Origin: an uncultured Candidatus Saccharibacteria bacterium | GTDB taxonomy: Bacteria; Patescibacteriota; Minisyncoccia; Phycocordibacterales; UBA12445 | Assembly: GCA_964649715.1 (NCBI GenBank) | Contig: CAZYTH010000003.1 | Location: forward strand, 4,713 to 68,712 | Length of the DNA: 64,000 nucleotides | Direction: 5' to 3' | Shown: in pieces, positions 18,181 to 27,720 of the stretch | Position numbering within the stretch: the first letter of the stretch is position 1 | How the letters are laid out: every line of letters begins with the position of its first letter | The notes under the pieces: model-generated | Databases searched by the model: none | Told to the model about the DNA's origin: nothing | The model's input: only the letters and a program-made list of their open reading frames with translations | Translations under genes and position numbers: made by a program

Positions 18181-19303
18181 ATCTCAAGTATTTAAACTTA
18201 TTTTCCTTATGTTCTTCAAAAGTAACGGCATAGTGCATGTTCCCCCCTTTATCAGATAGAAAAAACCAATACTTATTCGGGGTCGGGTAAATAGCTGCCA
18301 GAATAGAATCTAAGCCAGGATTAGATATAGGAGCGGGTGGTAAACCCTTATATTTATAAGTATTATAAGGAGAATCAACATCTATATCTCTCAAAGATAC
18401 CTCTGCACTCCCTTTTCCCATTAAATAAACAAACGAAACATCTACTTGAAGAGGCATTCCCACATCTATTCTTCTCCACAAAATATCCGATATAATCTTC
18501 CTTGTCTTTTCTGTTCTCGCCTCCCCCTCTAAGATAGAAGCCATTGTGATTATTTCACTTAACTCTTTCCCTGAGGACAAAATGTCTGAATTTATCTCTT
18601 CAATCCTTTTATAAAAATTAGAATTCATTGCTTCTAAGACTCGTTCTGGTGTTATTTCTTTATCAAAAAAATAAGTATCCGGAAATAGATACCCTTCTCT
18701 ATTTTCCGCTAATAACAAAAATTTACTGCTATCAAAATTTAAAAATTCTTTTGCTAATATTTTAGCAACTCCCCTATTGGTCAATCCTTCTGGTATCGTA
18801 ACCTTCACAACATTCATCCCAAATTCCGTATTAGTCATTTTCGAAACAACATCAAAAATACTAGGTGGTAAATCAAAAACATATCTCCCTGCCACCACGC
18901 CCTTGTTGCCACGAGACCAAACAACTAAAAACCTAAACAAAAGAGGAGATCTTATGACATAATTTTCTCTTAAGTAGATACTGGCTTCTTTTATAGTCAT
19001 TCCAGAATTTATTTCAAGAATTTTGTTGAGAGGAAATTTTGTAGGTGGAAAGAATAAATAATAAAAAAAGAAAACAACAAAAAACAGTAATACAGGAAGA
19101 AAAATTATAAAATTTTCCTTTAAATTTGATAGATTAAAAATGAAAAAATTGCCCGCTTTACGCCAAACAGAAACAGATTTATTACTTTCGTAATTTTCAT
19201 TATTTTTCACGACAAAGCGCTTTTCTTTTTGAGATAACAATTTTTTGTAACTAAACAGGGAGGTTAACAGGTGCCTCAGATCTCTTAGACTCAATTCTTC
19301 CAA
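18179..19303 (-). CDS. mltG: YceG/MltG-family endolytic murein transglycosylase. Its 5' end overlaps the upstream ORF by about 50 nt, so the start is uncertain.
   Basis: N-terminal transmembrane segment and a YceG-like domain (LEGEARTEKTRKIISDILWRRIDVGMPLQVD...YNTYKYKGLPPAPISNPG). Confidence 0.75.
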   Translation of the reverse strand: MEELSLRDLRHLLTSLFSYKKLLSQKEKRFVVKNNENYESNKSVSVWRKAGNFFIFNLSNLKENFIIFLPVLLFFVVFFFYYLFFPPTKFPLNKILEINSGMTIKEASIYLRENYVIRSPLLFRFLVVWSRGNKGVVAGRYVFDLPPSIFDVVSKMTNTEFGMNVVKVTIPEGLTNRGVAKILAKEFLNFDSSKFLLLAENREGYLFPDTYFFDKEITPERVLEAMNSNFYKRIEEINSDILSSGKELSEIITMASILEGEARTEKTRKIISDILWRRIDVGMPLQVDVSFVYLMGKGSAEVSLRDIDVDSPYNTYKYKGLPPAPISNPGLDSILAAIYPTPNKYWFFLSDKGGNMHYAVTFEEHKENKFKYLR

Positions 19304-20510
19304 ATGTTGGAGTTACTGCAACCGCACCCGGGAAGTGATAAATCGTAGCCAGTTCTTCGGTATTAAGAGTTATCGGATTATTATTAAGAAATGGCCTATA
19401 AAAATAACCCCGATTTACATAGGACCTAAATATCTGAGACTTTTTCCTTGCTAATTCACTTCCTATGAAAGGAAGTTTTATAGGGAACTTGGGTGGGCAA
19501 AGAAGTTCCTTCCACCAAACAAGACCCGTTATACTAACGGGCTTAAAACTATTCAAATTAGTTGAACCATATTGTCTAAAAGAAGCAAATAGAGAAGTTA
19601 TGTTGCCAGCATTAAATTTTGTCCTCTTTGTGTTTGCCAAATAAATCGTTCTTATGCCACAATCGAACCCAATCTTAGAGATATTTCTTTCAACAGACTC
19701 AACAACCTCTCTTTCGCCAGCAGTCAATGATACTGGAGTTATTGGAGAAACACCCGGTATTCCTCTTTTTAATATTTTATCAATAACACTTTTTGCGTTA
19801 CCCTTCCAATCTTCTTTTCCAAACCATGTTCCATTTTTATGGAATCTTGGTTGTGCAGCCATAATCATTATTTGTATCCAAACATGTTCACCTGAACCCA
19901 CAGAACCCAAAAATTCTATAGTAGATGTTAGAGGGTCAACCTTTTGTTCCTCCTTAACCAGTTCACGATCAAGACCGTAATCTACATAAGTTTTTATCGG
20001 ATAAGCATCTGCCCTTACCAAAACATGTTCCATTCCAAATAAAGCCCAATCGGAATTAGGCGCATCGTAATTAACAGCCCCTACATAATCTGGCACCTGA
20101 TGCAATTCCGCTTCCGGATATTGTGAATATATATGGTTTTCAATAGAATTTCTTTGCCCCTTTGGTGTTCTTATAAAAAAATGTACATGACCCTCAATAG
20201 ATACTATTTCTAAAGAAAACCACACAGGAACTTTTCCCGTCCACCAATAATCATAAAAAGTCGGGGGGGTCGGAAAATTATAAAAAGAACCAAGAACAAC
20301 CTCCATGGCCTGAGGTGTTTTTTGGTGGTCTTTCGGCAATTTAACCTCAAGAAAGACCCAGTCTATCTTTGAAATAAAATCCCTAACGATGTAGTAACGC
20401 CACAAACGCCAAGAAGTAACGATTAAAATTACAGGCAAAACAAAAGGGATTAAACTCAAAAAAACCCCGAAAAGAGATTGAAATCCTGCACGATAAATAT
20501 CCAAAATCAT
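19251..20510 (-). CDS. hypothetical membrane protein (419 aa).
   Basis: N-terminal transmembrane pair followed by a large extracytoplasmic-looking domain. No known motif. Confidence 0.5.
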   Translation of the reverse strand: MILDIYRAGFQSLFGVFLSLIPFVLPVILIVTSWRLWRYYIVRDFISKIDWVFLEVKLPKDHQKTPQAMEVVLGSFYNFPTPPTFYDYWWTGKVPVWFSLEIVSIEGHVHFFIRTPKGQRNSIENHIYSQYPEAELHQVPDYVGAVNYDAPNSDWALFGMEHVLVRADAYPIKTYVDYGLDRELVKEEQKVDPLTSTIEFLGSVGSGEHVWIQIMIMAAQPRFHKNGTWFGKEDWKGNAKSVIDKILKRGIPGVSPITPVSLTAGEREVVESVERNISKIGFDCGIRTIYLANTKRTKFNAGNITSLFASFRQYGSTNLNSFKPVSITGLVWWKELLCPPKFPIKLPFIGSELARKKSQIFRSYVNRGYFYRPFLNNNPITLNTEELATIYHFPGAVAVTPTFGRIESKRSEAPVNLPV

Positions 20511-21544
20511 ATTATCAAGTATTTTCCGTTTTTGTCTTTTTTAAAATATTTCTTATTTTGAAGATTGACCAAAACGGTATTTTCTTTTATATATCTTTCC
20601 CGCAAAACCTTTTTTAATATATCCTCTTTTGTTTGCGGACCCTTTTCTTCTATTACAAGTTTTATTATATCACGAACTGTCCCTTGACTGTAGCCCCACT
20701 TGGTTAGAGCGTACAAACCTCTTCCAACAAGAACAAATCTTTTATCTTTAATTAATTCGTTGTGACACGTAGCCTCATTTGCACTTTTTCCGAATGTTTG
20801 TTTTATCGCCTTTGCCACCTCCCTAAAATGCATAGGGGAGCCATGTTTTCTTAAAACTAAATAAGCAAGATCTCTTATACCACGAACTCTAACGTTTGGA
20901 GAATTAGAAACACCCCATTCTCCTAACGCATTCTTTCCTATCTTCTTAGATACGTAAATCCATCTCTTTGCGAGTTCCTCACTTCTCAGATCTCTCACAG
21001 TGTCTCCAAGATGGTCTAAAAACTTCATAATCATCTCGCTCTCGGAGATAAGATCGTCTTCAGAAAGACTTTGATAAAGTTTTTTGAGAGAATTTTGAAC
21101 CTTTTCAGCTAATTGAGCGTTAATAGTCCATCTGTGAGAAAATTCATCATCTTCTTTTATTTTTATAAAATCATTTCCAAGTTCCAAATAAAAACTTATA
21201 TGATTCTGAAGTTCTCGGTCACCTGTAAGATGACTCAGGAAATTACTTTCATGAACTATTCCTCCGTATTCATCGAGGTGTTTTTTAAGTTCCTCAAAAG
21301 TAGCCAGATTTTCTGAATAAACGTTTGATTTTCTAATTGAATTTAAAGCAAAATTTTCTATCTGTCTTACACGCTCTCTCGTTATGCCATAACTTTCCCC
21401 AATGGCCTCAAGTGTCATACCTCGACTCCCCAAATCAAGACCGTATCTCTTTTTTATTATATCTCGTGCTCTAACAGGTAGTGCTCCCAAAAGATCTTTT
21501 GTAACCTTCTTTGGATTAAAAGTTAATTTATGCTGTTTGGCCAT
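20507..21544 (-). CDS. DNA-binding protein with an N-terminal sigma-70 region-4-like HTH and a C-terminal HARE-HTH-like domain.
   Basis: LPVRARDIIKKRYGLD...TLEAIGESYGITRERVRQIE (sigma region 4.2 pattern). C-terminal PMHFREVAKAIKQ...HNELIKDKRFVLVGRGLYALTKWGY (HARE-HTH pattern). Confidence 0.6.
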   Translation of the reverse strand: MAKQHKLTFNPKKVTKDLLGALPVRARDIIKKRYGLDLGSRGMTLEAIGESYGITRERVRQIENFALNSIRKSNVYSENLATFEELKKHLDEYGGIVHESNFLSHLTGDRELQNHISFYLELGNDFIKIKEDDEFSHRWTINAQLAEKVQNSLKKLYQSLSEDDLISESEMIMKFLDHLGDTVRDLRSEELAKRWIYVSKKIGKNALGEWGVSNSPNVRVRGIRDLAYLVLRKHGSPMHFREVAKAIKQTFGKSANEATCHNELIKDKRFVLVGRGLYALTKWGYSQGTVRDIIKLVIEEKGPQTKEDILKKVLRERYIKENTVLVNLQNKKYFKKDKNGKYLII

Positions 21545-21624
21545 ATTTTCAAGTTATAACGTTTTGCTAATTTAGTCAATATATAAACATCCTACTCAAA
21601 ATAATAAAAAAATCAACTATCTAA

Positions 21625-22320
21625 TTACCAATCTTTTTTCTTGAGAGCATTGCTAGCGGCATCTTCTTGTGCTTCCTGCTTTGAATGACCTCGACCCTCA
21701 GAAAATAACTCTTCTCCAACGTAAAGACCAACAGTAAAAACTTTATTGTGATCAGGTCCACTTTCACTCAGAGTTTTATAGACTGGAGTTATGCTCATTT
21801 CTTCCTGAGCCTTTTCTTGAAAAAGACTCTTAGGATCCTTCCAGAGAGTTTTTTCGATTATGTTGTCTATCATTGGGAAAAGATTATGAGAAATAAATTC
21901 TTTTGCCTGCCCATAACCACTATCCAGGTATATCGCCCCAATTAAAGCCTCAAAGGTATTTGCTAAAATTACTTGTCTTGCCCTGCCGATATCTTTCGAT
22001 TCCCCTTTAGATAAAAGAAGAAATTCATTCATACCCAAGTCTGCTGCATTTTTAGATAAAGTTACGGTATTTACGAGAGATGCCCTTAGACTAGTTAGCT
22101 CTCCCTCTTGCTTGTCCTTGTATTCCTTATATAAAAATTCGGTGACAACTAGTTCTAAAACAGCATCACCCAAAAATTCCAATCTTTCGTTGTGTGAACC
22201 CAAAGAAAACCTACTTTCGTTTATATAAGATCGATGCGTAAAAGCCTGACGAAGAAGATCCTTATCTTTAAAAGTTACCCCTATTTTTTGTTCGATTATA
22301 GAAAAATCAGGTACGCTCAT
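21625..22320 (-). CDS. rnc: ribonuclease III.
   Basis: RNase III signature (HRSYINE...NERLEFLGDAVLELVV) and a C-terminal dsRBD. Confidence 0.9.
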   Translation of the reverse strand: MSVPDFSIIEQKIGVTFKDKDLLRQAFTHRSYINESRFSLGSHNERLEFLGDAVLELVVTEFLYKEYKDKQEGELTSLRASLVNTVTLSKNAADLGMNEFLLLSKGESKDIGRARQVILANTFEALIGAIYLDSGYGQAKEFISHNLFPMIDNIIEKTLWKDPKSLFQEKAQEEMSITPVYKTLSESGPDHNKVFTVGLYVGEELFSEGRGHSKQEAQEDAASNALKKKDW

Positions 22321-22335
22321 TTTTAAAAAAAATAA

Positions 22336-23238
22336 TTATTGTGAAATTGTTTTTATTGCTTCAGTAATAAGTGGAACAATATCATCGTACATCCTAAGAT
22401 GTAATATTTCCGATATCTCAAACCACCTAGCATCATCCAATCCACCAGTATCTTTTAATTTTAATTCTAAGATATCCTCAGTTTTTCCAAGAAAATAAGA
22501 AACCTTTTTAAGTATCTTACCTTTTTTGGGATCAGAGGCTATATATTCATTTGTGCCTAATTTTTTTATCGGCTCGGCCAATATTCCAATCTCTTCCATA
22601 ACCTCCCTGGAGGCTGCTTCGGCCTCCCTTTCACCATCCTCTATCCTTCCCTTAGAAAGGGTCCAATAACCAAAAATGTCATGCACCATGGCAAAATGAA
22701 TATCTCCATTTTCATTTTTATGATAAACAACCATTCCCCCCAATTTTTCAACCGGAAGATCTTTGGGGTCAATAGGCTCTTGTGTCTTTTTTATTTTTGT
22801 AACCTCATCCTTTCCTGGCTCCCCCATCTCTTTGTATATCGTCCCCATAACACCATTGATAAATTTACCGCTATTTTCTCCCCCAAAAGTTTTTGCTAAT
22901 TCAATAGCCTCATTTATTGCAACCTTCGCGGGAACTTCAGTTTTTTCCATAAATAAAAGTTCATATATACCTATCCTGAGAACATTTCTATCAACAACAG
23001 ATATTCTATCCAACGGCCACTCTGGGGCAGCTTTTGATATAATTGGATCTATTACATCCAATTTATTTATCACACTCTCAAGTAGTGATTCCAAAAAAGA
23101 AAAATCGGTCAACCCAGGACCGAATTCCCCTATATTTTCATGAAGAATGTTTCTCAACTTTGAATTATCACGGCCATTAAAGTCCCACTCAAAAAGGGTT
23201 TGTAAAACGATGCTTCTTGCTAAATGCCTATTGGCCAT
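22336..23238 (-). CDS. nusB: NusB antitermination-factor domain fused to a C-terminal NUDIX hydrolase domain.
   Basis: NusB N-terminus (RHLARSIVLQTLFEWDF...VDRNVLRIGIYELLF). C-terminus carries a perfect Nudix box, GRIEDGEREAEAASREVMEEIGI, matching G-x5-E-x7-REUxEExGU. Confidence 0.75.
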   Translation of the reverse strand: MANRHLARSIVLQTLFEWDFNGRDNSKLRNILHENIGEFGPGLTDFSFLESLLESVINKLDVIDPIISKAAPEWPLDRISVVDRNVLRIGIYELLFMEKTEVPAKVAINEAIELAKTFGGENSGKFINGVMGTIYKEMGEPGKDEVTKIKKTQEPIDPKDLPVEKLGGMVVYHKNENGDIHFAMVHDIFGYWTLSKGRIEDGEREAEAASREVMEEIGILAEPIKKLGTNEYIASDPKKGKILKKVSYFLGKTEDILELKLKDTGGLDDARWFEISEILHLRMYDDIVPLITEAIKTISQ

Positions 23239-23300
23239 ATGATTATTTCAAAATAACAAAAACTAATCGACAAAAATCGACGAAGCAAGCAATCTTAAAC

Positions 23301-23516
23301 TTAAGATCTCTTTGCTTCTTTTTTATTCTTCTTCTCGATCTTCACCATTGTATTTATCTTCTCGTTACCTTTATAATATCCACAAGCAGGACAGACTTCA
23401 TGTCTCTTGGCAAAAGCCGAACACTTGGGACAGCTATAAATGGCTGCACTTTTTAGTGCGTGGTGCGATCTTCTATTCGCGGTATGTGCCCGCGTATGTC
23501 TCATTCTAACTACCAT
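23301..23516 (-). CDS. rpmF: ribosomal protein bL32 with a Lys-rich C-terminal extension.
   Basis: MVVRMRHTRAHTANRRSHHALK and a Cys4 zinc-ribbon-like CPKC...CPACG. Confidence 0.8.
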   Translation of the reverse strand: MVVRMRHTRAHTANRRSHHALKSAAIYSCPKCSAFAKRHEVCPACGYYKGNEKINTMVKIEKKNKKEAKRS

Positions 23517-23880
23517 AGTAAGACCATATTACACTAATCTTATAAAATGGCAAGAGCAAAATAATGATTCATGATTCCATCCTGAATGAAATTATTTCAG
23601 GCAAATTAAGACTTAAAATTTATGAAATAATTTTCAATTTATAATTTTACAATTTTTAATCAATTTACAATAAAATAATTTTTAAAACAAAAGGCCCGCG
23701 ATTTGCGAGCCAATCAACAACCAACGCAGCTATTTCATCTTGTCCCTAATTTGCCTCAAGATACTTTCAATTGACCACAAAGAAACAATGATACTTACTA
23801 GACCGAAAGTTATAACAAGTTCCAAATTCTTCCTCCTTTGAAAAAGTACTCTACCGCAAAAGATTCTATTGCATTTTATA

Positions 23881-23918
23881 AAAAAAACAACCCCTCACCT
23901 TTCAGTTTGGGGTTGTTT
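23881..23918 (-). terminator. intrinsic terminator downstream of the KH-protein gene.
   Basis: AACAACCCC...GGGGTTGTT stem followed by T8 on the minus strand. Confidence 0.6.
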
Positions 23919-23933
23919 TAATTTCAAACAAAA

Positions 23934-24257
23934 TTAAAGTTTGAGATCCTGCATGGCCTCATCAACCGTCTTTGAGGCTGATGATTCGTGGCTCATCCTT
24001 GTGCTTCCCTCCGGTTCGTTAATCTTGAGATTAACTCTAGCATTGTGCTTCATTCCCACAACGCGAAGAAGGGTTCGGATCGCCTTCGCTGTATTTCCGC
24101 TTCGGCCGATTATCTTGCCCATATCGGCAGGATTAACATCCAAAGAAAGAAGGACTCCCATCTCATCGACGGTCCTATTTACTTTGATGTCATTCGGATT
24201 GTCTACCAAAGCTCTTACAACTGCTTCTAGAAATTCCTGATCTTTTTCCATTTTCAA
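23934..24257 (-). CDS. khpA: KH-domain RNA-binding protein (YlqC/KhpA-like), in the usual position downstream of rpsP.
   Basis: KH GxxG loop (IIGRSGNTAKAIRTL). Synteny with rpsP. Confidence 0.7.
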   Translation of the reverse strand: MKMEKDQEFLEAVVRALVDNPNDIKVNRTVDEMGVLLSLDVNPADMGKIIGRSGNTAKAIRTLLRVVGMKHNARVNLKINEPEGSTRMSHESSASKTVDEAMQDLKL

Positions 24258-24419
24258 TTCATTTTCTCTTGTAAAATTGCAGTCATTCGACCTCGTACTG
24301 CTTGGTAGTATTTATATCACATTAGGCACACATAAAGCAAATATAAAAAACAAACCATAATTTTAATGGTTTGTTTTTTTATAAATTTAATTCAGAATTT
24401 TATACTTTAAGGAAACAAA

Positions 24420-24734
24420 TTATGCTTTTGGTGCTTCTGCTGTTTCTGGTTTTGCAGCCCCAACCTTCTTCTTGGGTAAAACGTTCACTTTCTTATCATT
24501 CACTAATTTATTTTTTACCAATATATTGTGAACAGTTCCACTAGCCTTAGCACCAACAGACAGCCAATGACTTATTCTTTCTTTCTTTAATTGTGGCCTC
24601 CCCCCCCTTGCATCATAATGACCCAAGACCTCAGTAAACCTTCCACTCTTAGTGCTGTTTTTGGAGTCGGTAACAACTATCCTAAACGAAGGATCGTGCT
24701 TTTTCCCAACTCGTTGTAATCTAATCATTAACAT
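24420..24734 (-). CDS. rpsP: ribosomal protein bS16.
   Basis: MLMIRLQRVGKKHDPSFRIVVTDS. Confidence 0.9.
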   Translation of the reverse strand: MLMIRLQRVGKKHDPSFRIVVTDSKNSTKSGRFTEVLGHYDARGGRPQLKKERISHWLSVGAKASGTVHNILVKNKLVNDKKVNVLPKKKVGAAKPETAEAPKA

Positions 24735-24811
24735 AGCGGATATACTAACAAAACGTTATTTTTTAGTCAAATTGCCAAAAGACAGACTGAGCAATTATTG
24801 GTGACTTGATA

Positions 24812-24883
24812 TACACACAGAATGGATCGAACCTTCGACCTTTCCTAAGCGAACGGAACACTCTATCGCTGAACTATGTGTGC
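24812..24883 (-). pseudogene. degenerate tRNA-like sequence (72 nt) with several non-canonical features. It may be a tRNA pseudogene or an unusual tRNA.
   Basis: Folds as acceptor GCACACA/TGTGTGT, D-stem GTTC/GAGT with a loop lacking G18G19, anticodon stem TTCCG/AGGAA carrying a G·A mismatch and loop TTCGCTT with U at position 37, and T-arm GAAGG-TTCGATC-CATTC with a G·A mismatch. Confidence 0.3.
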
Positions 24884-25340
24884 AGACCCATAAATCATAG
24901 AGCAAAAAAACACAATAAAGAAAACCCGACAAAATGCCGGGTTTAAAAAAACAAAGACTACTCTTCCTTGAAATTATCAAAAAGGAAGCGTATGCCCTCG
25001 TCGGTGGCAAGAAGGCAAAGCCCCCTCGCGAGAAGAAAACTCTTAAGACCATGGATATCCTCCTTTCCTCGCCAACTATTGACGAGAGAACTAGCCCCAA
25101 ACACCCACCCAATCTCCAGACAAAGAACTTCTAGTCGATTGAGTTCCTTATTGAGTTCCCTGAAGAATCTCTCCTCCTTGTTCTGCATTCAAACACCCCC
25201 CTTCTTTTTCTGTTAATGTTCTAAATACGCCAGTCTTATACACCTAAAAAATTAAAAAGTCAAACAAAAAAAGAACAAACACCACAGAACATCAAAAATA
25301 TTGATTTTAATTTATCTTTTGGTTAGTATAGATATCTAAT

Positions 25341-25411
25341 GGGCCTATAGTATAGCGGTAGAACGCATCCATGGCATGGATGAGGTCGGGGTTCGACTCC
25401 CCGTAGGTCCA
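25341..25411 (+). tRNA. tRNA-Ala(GGC).
   Basis: Acceptor GGGCCTA/TAGGTCC with a G3·U70 pair, anticodon stem CATCC/GGATG with loop ATGGCAT, T-arm CGGGG-TTCGACT-CCCCG. Confidence 0.85.
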
Positions 25412-27087
25412 TAAATAGAGGCAAAACGGGTTTCAAGAAATTGAAATCCGTTTTTGCATTTAAAAATAAGGCTACTATCAGAAATAAAAAGTTCGGAAAA
25501 GATAGTTCTAGCAATTAGCTCTTTTTCTTGTAAATTTGCATTTAAGTAAAAGAATAGGCCATCTTTTATGAGTTCGGAAAGAATTACGACATCTCTAATA
25601 ACTTCCCCCATTGAAACGTCTGATGAAATCTCTTCGTTTTGTATTTCAAGAATCTCAGCATTAAGATTGTCCTCTTCTTCCATGAACGTTTTTGGAGAAT
25701 ATGCTCCCGTCATAAGCAAAGATAATTTATTAGTTCTCAGATATGATAATTTTTCTCTTATTCTTTTCTTTCTACCCTCTCCTTCTTCAATATTTTTAAT
25801 CCTTTTTTCTTCAAATAGCGAGACGTCTTCACTTGTCACAATATTTAAGTTGTTCTTTTCTTCGTCTCTCAACTTTAACATAGACATAAAATCCACAATT
25901 TTTTCTTCCAGAAAATTACCGTTAAAATTTTTCTTAGAATTTTTACAACCTTTAATGCATCTAGAACCATAATACTGGATACCCTTCTGAACATATGGTG
26001 TATATGCACGCCCACACTCAGAACAACGGGCAACGCCACGATAAGGTAACTCTAATTTATTTGTATAACGCAAGCTTACATTCTTCTTCGAGAGTCCTTT
26101 TTGAACTTTATTAAAAAGTTCCTCTGAAATTATGGCCTTGTGACTTTTGCTTGGTATATAAACACCATCACTATTTAAAGTTTTTCCTGTATAAAATTTA
26201 TTTCTGAGTATTTTTTGAACAAGAGTTGCAGTAATTGGTCTGGTGACTTTTTCGATCTTACTCTCGACATCAGTTTCTTCATTTTCCAATATCTCCCCCT
26301 CTGTTCTTCTTCTGCGCATTGGTACTGTCGTCATGCCATGTTCATTAGCCCACCGAGCCAAATCAGCAACGCTCCACTCACCGGTAGTATAATATTCGAA
26401 TAGTTTCTTTACAAAAGGACCCCGAACAGGATCTACCGGCTTATTTTCTGAATTTCCTTCATTTAAATAACCTATCGGAGCCCGATATGTGCAAATCCCG
26501 TCTGCTCGCATTTTTTGAGTAGTAAGCTTAATTTTCTCACTTGTTACCCGAGAATAATGTTCTGCAAACATGCCATCTATGTCCATATGGAGAGCACCCG
26601 AGCTACTTTTCTCATATTTTGCTTGAACAAAACGGAAATCGCATCCATTTTTAATCAACTTACGAATCAAAGTATCATCTGCTTTATTTCTACTGATGCG
26701 ATCCCAACAAAGACAGATAACACCCTTAAAAAATTTCTTACTCAAAAAATAAGTAAGTCTCTGAAATTTTGGTCGGTCTATTCGATATTGGACTAAACCC
26801 TCTTCTGTGAAATTGATATCTTCATCTTGTTTGTAACCAGATTGTTTCTCTGAAATTATTCCGTTATGACAAAAACCTTTTATATCAACGGGGGCAATGG
26901 GCAATTTTTCTTTCTTTGCAAACTTGGAATTTTCGAATTTCTGGTATTCCAAAGAATTTTTCTGTGAATCGGCCTCATCTGTACTCTTTCTGTTGTAAAT
27001 TAAATAACCATCACGATACTTACCGCTCAATATTTCCTTCTCGATATCTTTTTGTCTTTTGTTTATTTGTGTTTTATTTTTTGACAT
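25345..27087 (-). CDS. large serine recombinase (phage-integrase type). The ORF reads through the antisense of tRNA-Ala for its last ~24 codons.
   Basis: N-terminal resolvase domain with the catalytic Ser (YNRKSTDEADSQKNSLEYQ), a recombinase domain, a zinc ribbon (CSECGRAYTPY...C..GC) and a C-terminal coiled coil. Confidence 0.85.
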   Translation of the reverse strand: MSKNKTQINKRQKDIEKEILSGKYRDGYLIYNRKSTDEADSQKNSLEYQKFENSKFAKKEKLPIAPVDIKGFCHNGIISEKQSGYKQDEDINFTEEGLVQYRIDRPKFQRLTYFLSKKFFKGVICLCWDRISRNKADDTLIRKLIKNGCDFRFVQAKYEKSSSGALHMDIDGMFAEHYSRVTSEKIKLTTQKMRADGICTYRAPIGYLNEGNSENKPVDPVRGPFVKKLFEYYTTGEWSVADLARWANEHGMTTVPMRRRRTEGEILENEETDVESKIEKVTRPITATLVQKILRNKFYTGKTLNSDGVYIPSKSHKAIISEELFNKVQKGLSKKNVSLRYTNKLELPYRGVARCSECGRAYTPYVQKGIQYYGSRCIKGCKNSKKNFNGNFLEEKIVDFMSMLKLRDEEKNNLNIVTSEDVSLFEEKRIKNIEEGEGRKKRIREKLSYLRTNKLSLLMTGAYSPKTFMEEEDNLNAEILEIQNEEISSDVSMGEVIRDVVILSELIKDGLFFYLNANLQEKELIARTIFSELFISDSSLIFKCKNGFQFLETRFASIYGPTGSRTPTSSMPWMRSTAIL

Positions 27088-27447
27088 TGTTTTCTTTTTT
27101 AACTCGACTTTTTGGTATCTCGACGCCTTCAGAAATAAGTCTTTTGCGAATAATCATAAATATTTTACCAAGTTCTCTTAAAGAATTAACATTTTCTAAA
27201 TTAAGTGTGATATCTGGGCTATCAAAAACAATATCTAAATTTGGACGAATACTTGCAGTTACAGAGGGGTCTAAAAGCATCAAGGGAGCCTTTAAGGGAA
27301 CATTCTCTAATTTTTTTTTATTTTTTTTATACATTTTAACTCTTTGTTAAAAATTATTAAACTTAAACTTTAATTATATTTATCAGTTGATGGTACGAAA
27401 CCAGGATATCTTGAAAAAATGAAATTTCGGGACTTTTTATTGTATCC

Positions 27448-27720
27448 TCATAACTTCAAATCAAAAAACCTGGAGTGTTTCGCTGGTTCATCCCCTAATC
27501 TATAATATTTGTGAATTTTCACGCAATTATCACACACACTCCTAACAGGTTCATCGGCTTTCATCTGTGAATTAACCTGGAGTGCGTTAAGGCAATCAAA
27601 GCAAAACCTATTAGAACACTCAAAGCAGATATCCATGGGATTTTGATAATTTCTGGGACTTTTACACTTATGACATTTTTCTTTAAAATTCTTAAATTTA
27701 TTATTGTTACCATTTAACAT
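27448..27720 (-). CDS. small Cys-rich zinc-finger protein.
   Basis: CHKCKSP...CFECSNRFCFDC...CDNC. Confidence 0.4.
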   Translation of the reverse strand: MLNGNNNKFKNFKEKCHKCKSPRNYQNPMDICFECSNRFCFDCLNALQVNSQMKADEPVRSVCDNCVKIHKYYRLGDEPAKHSRFFDLKL

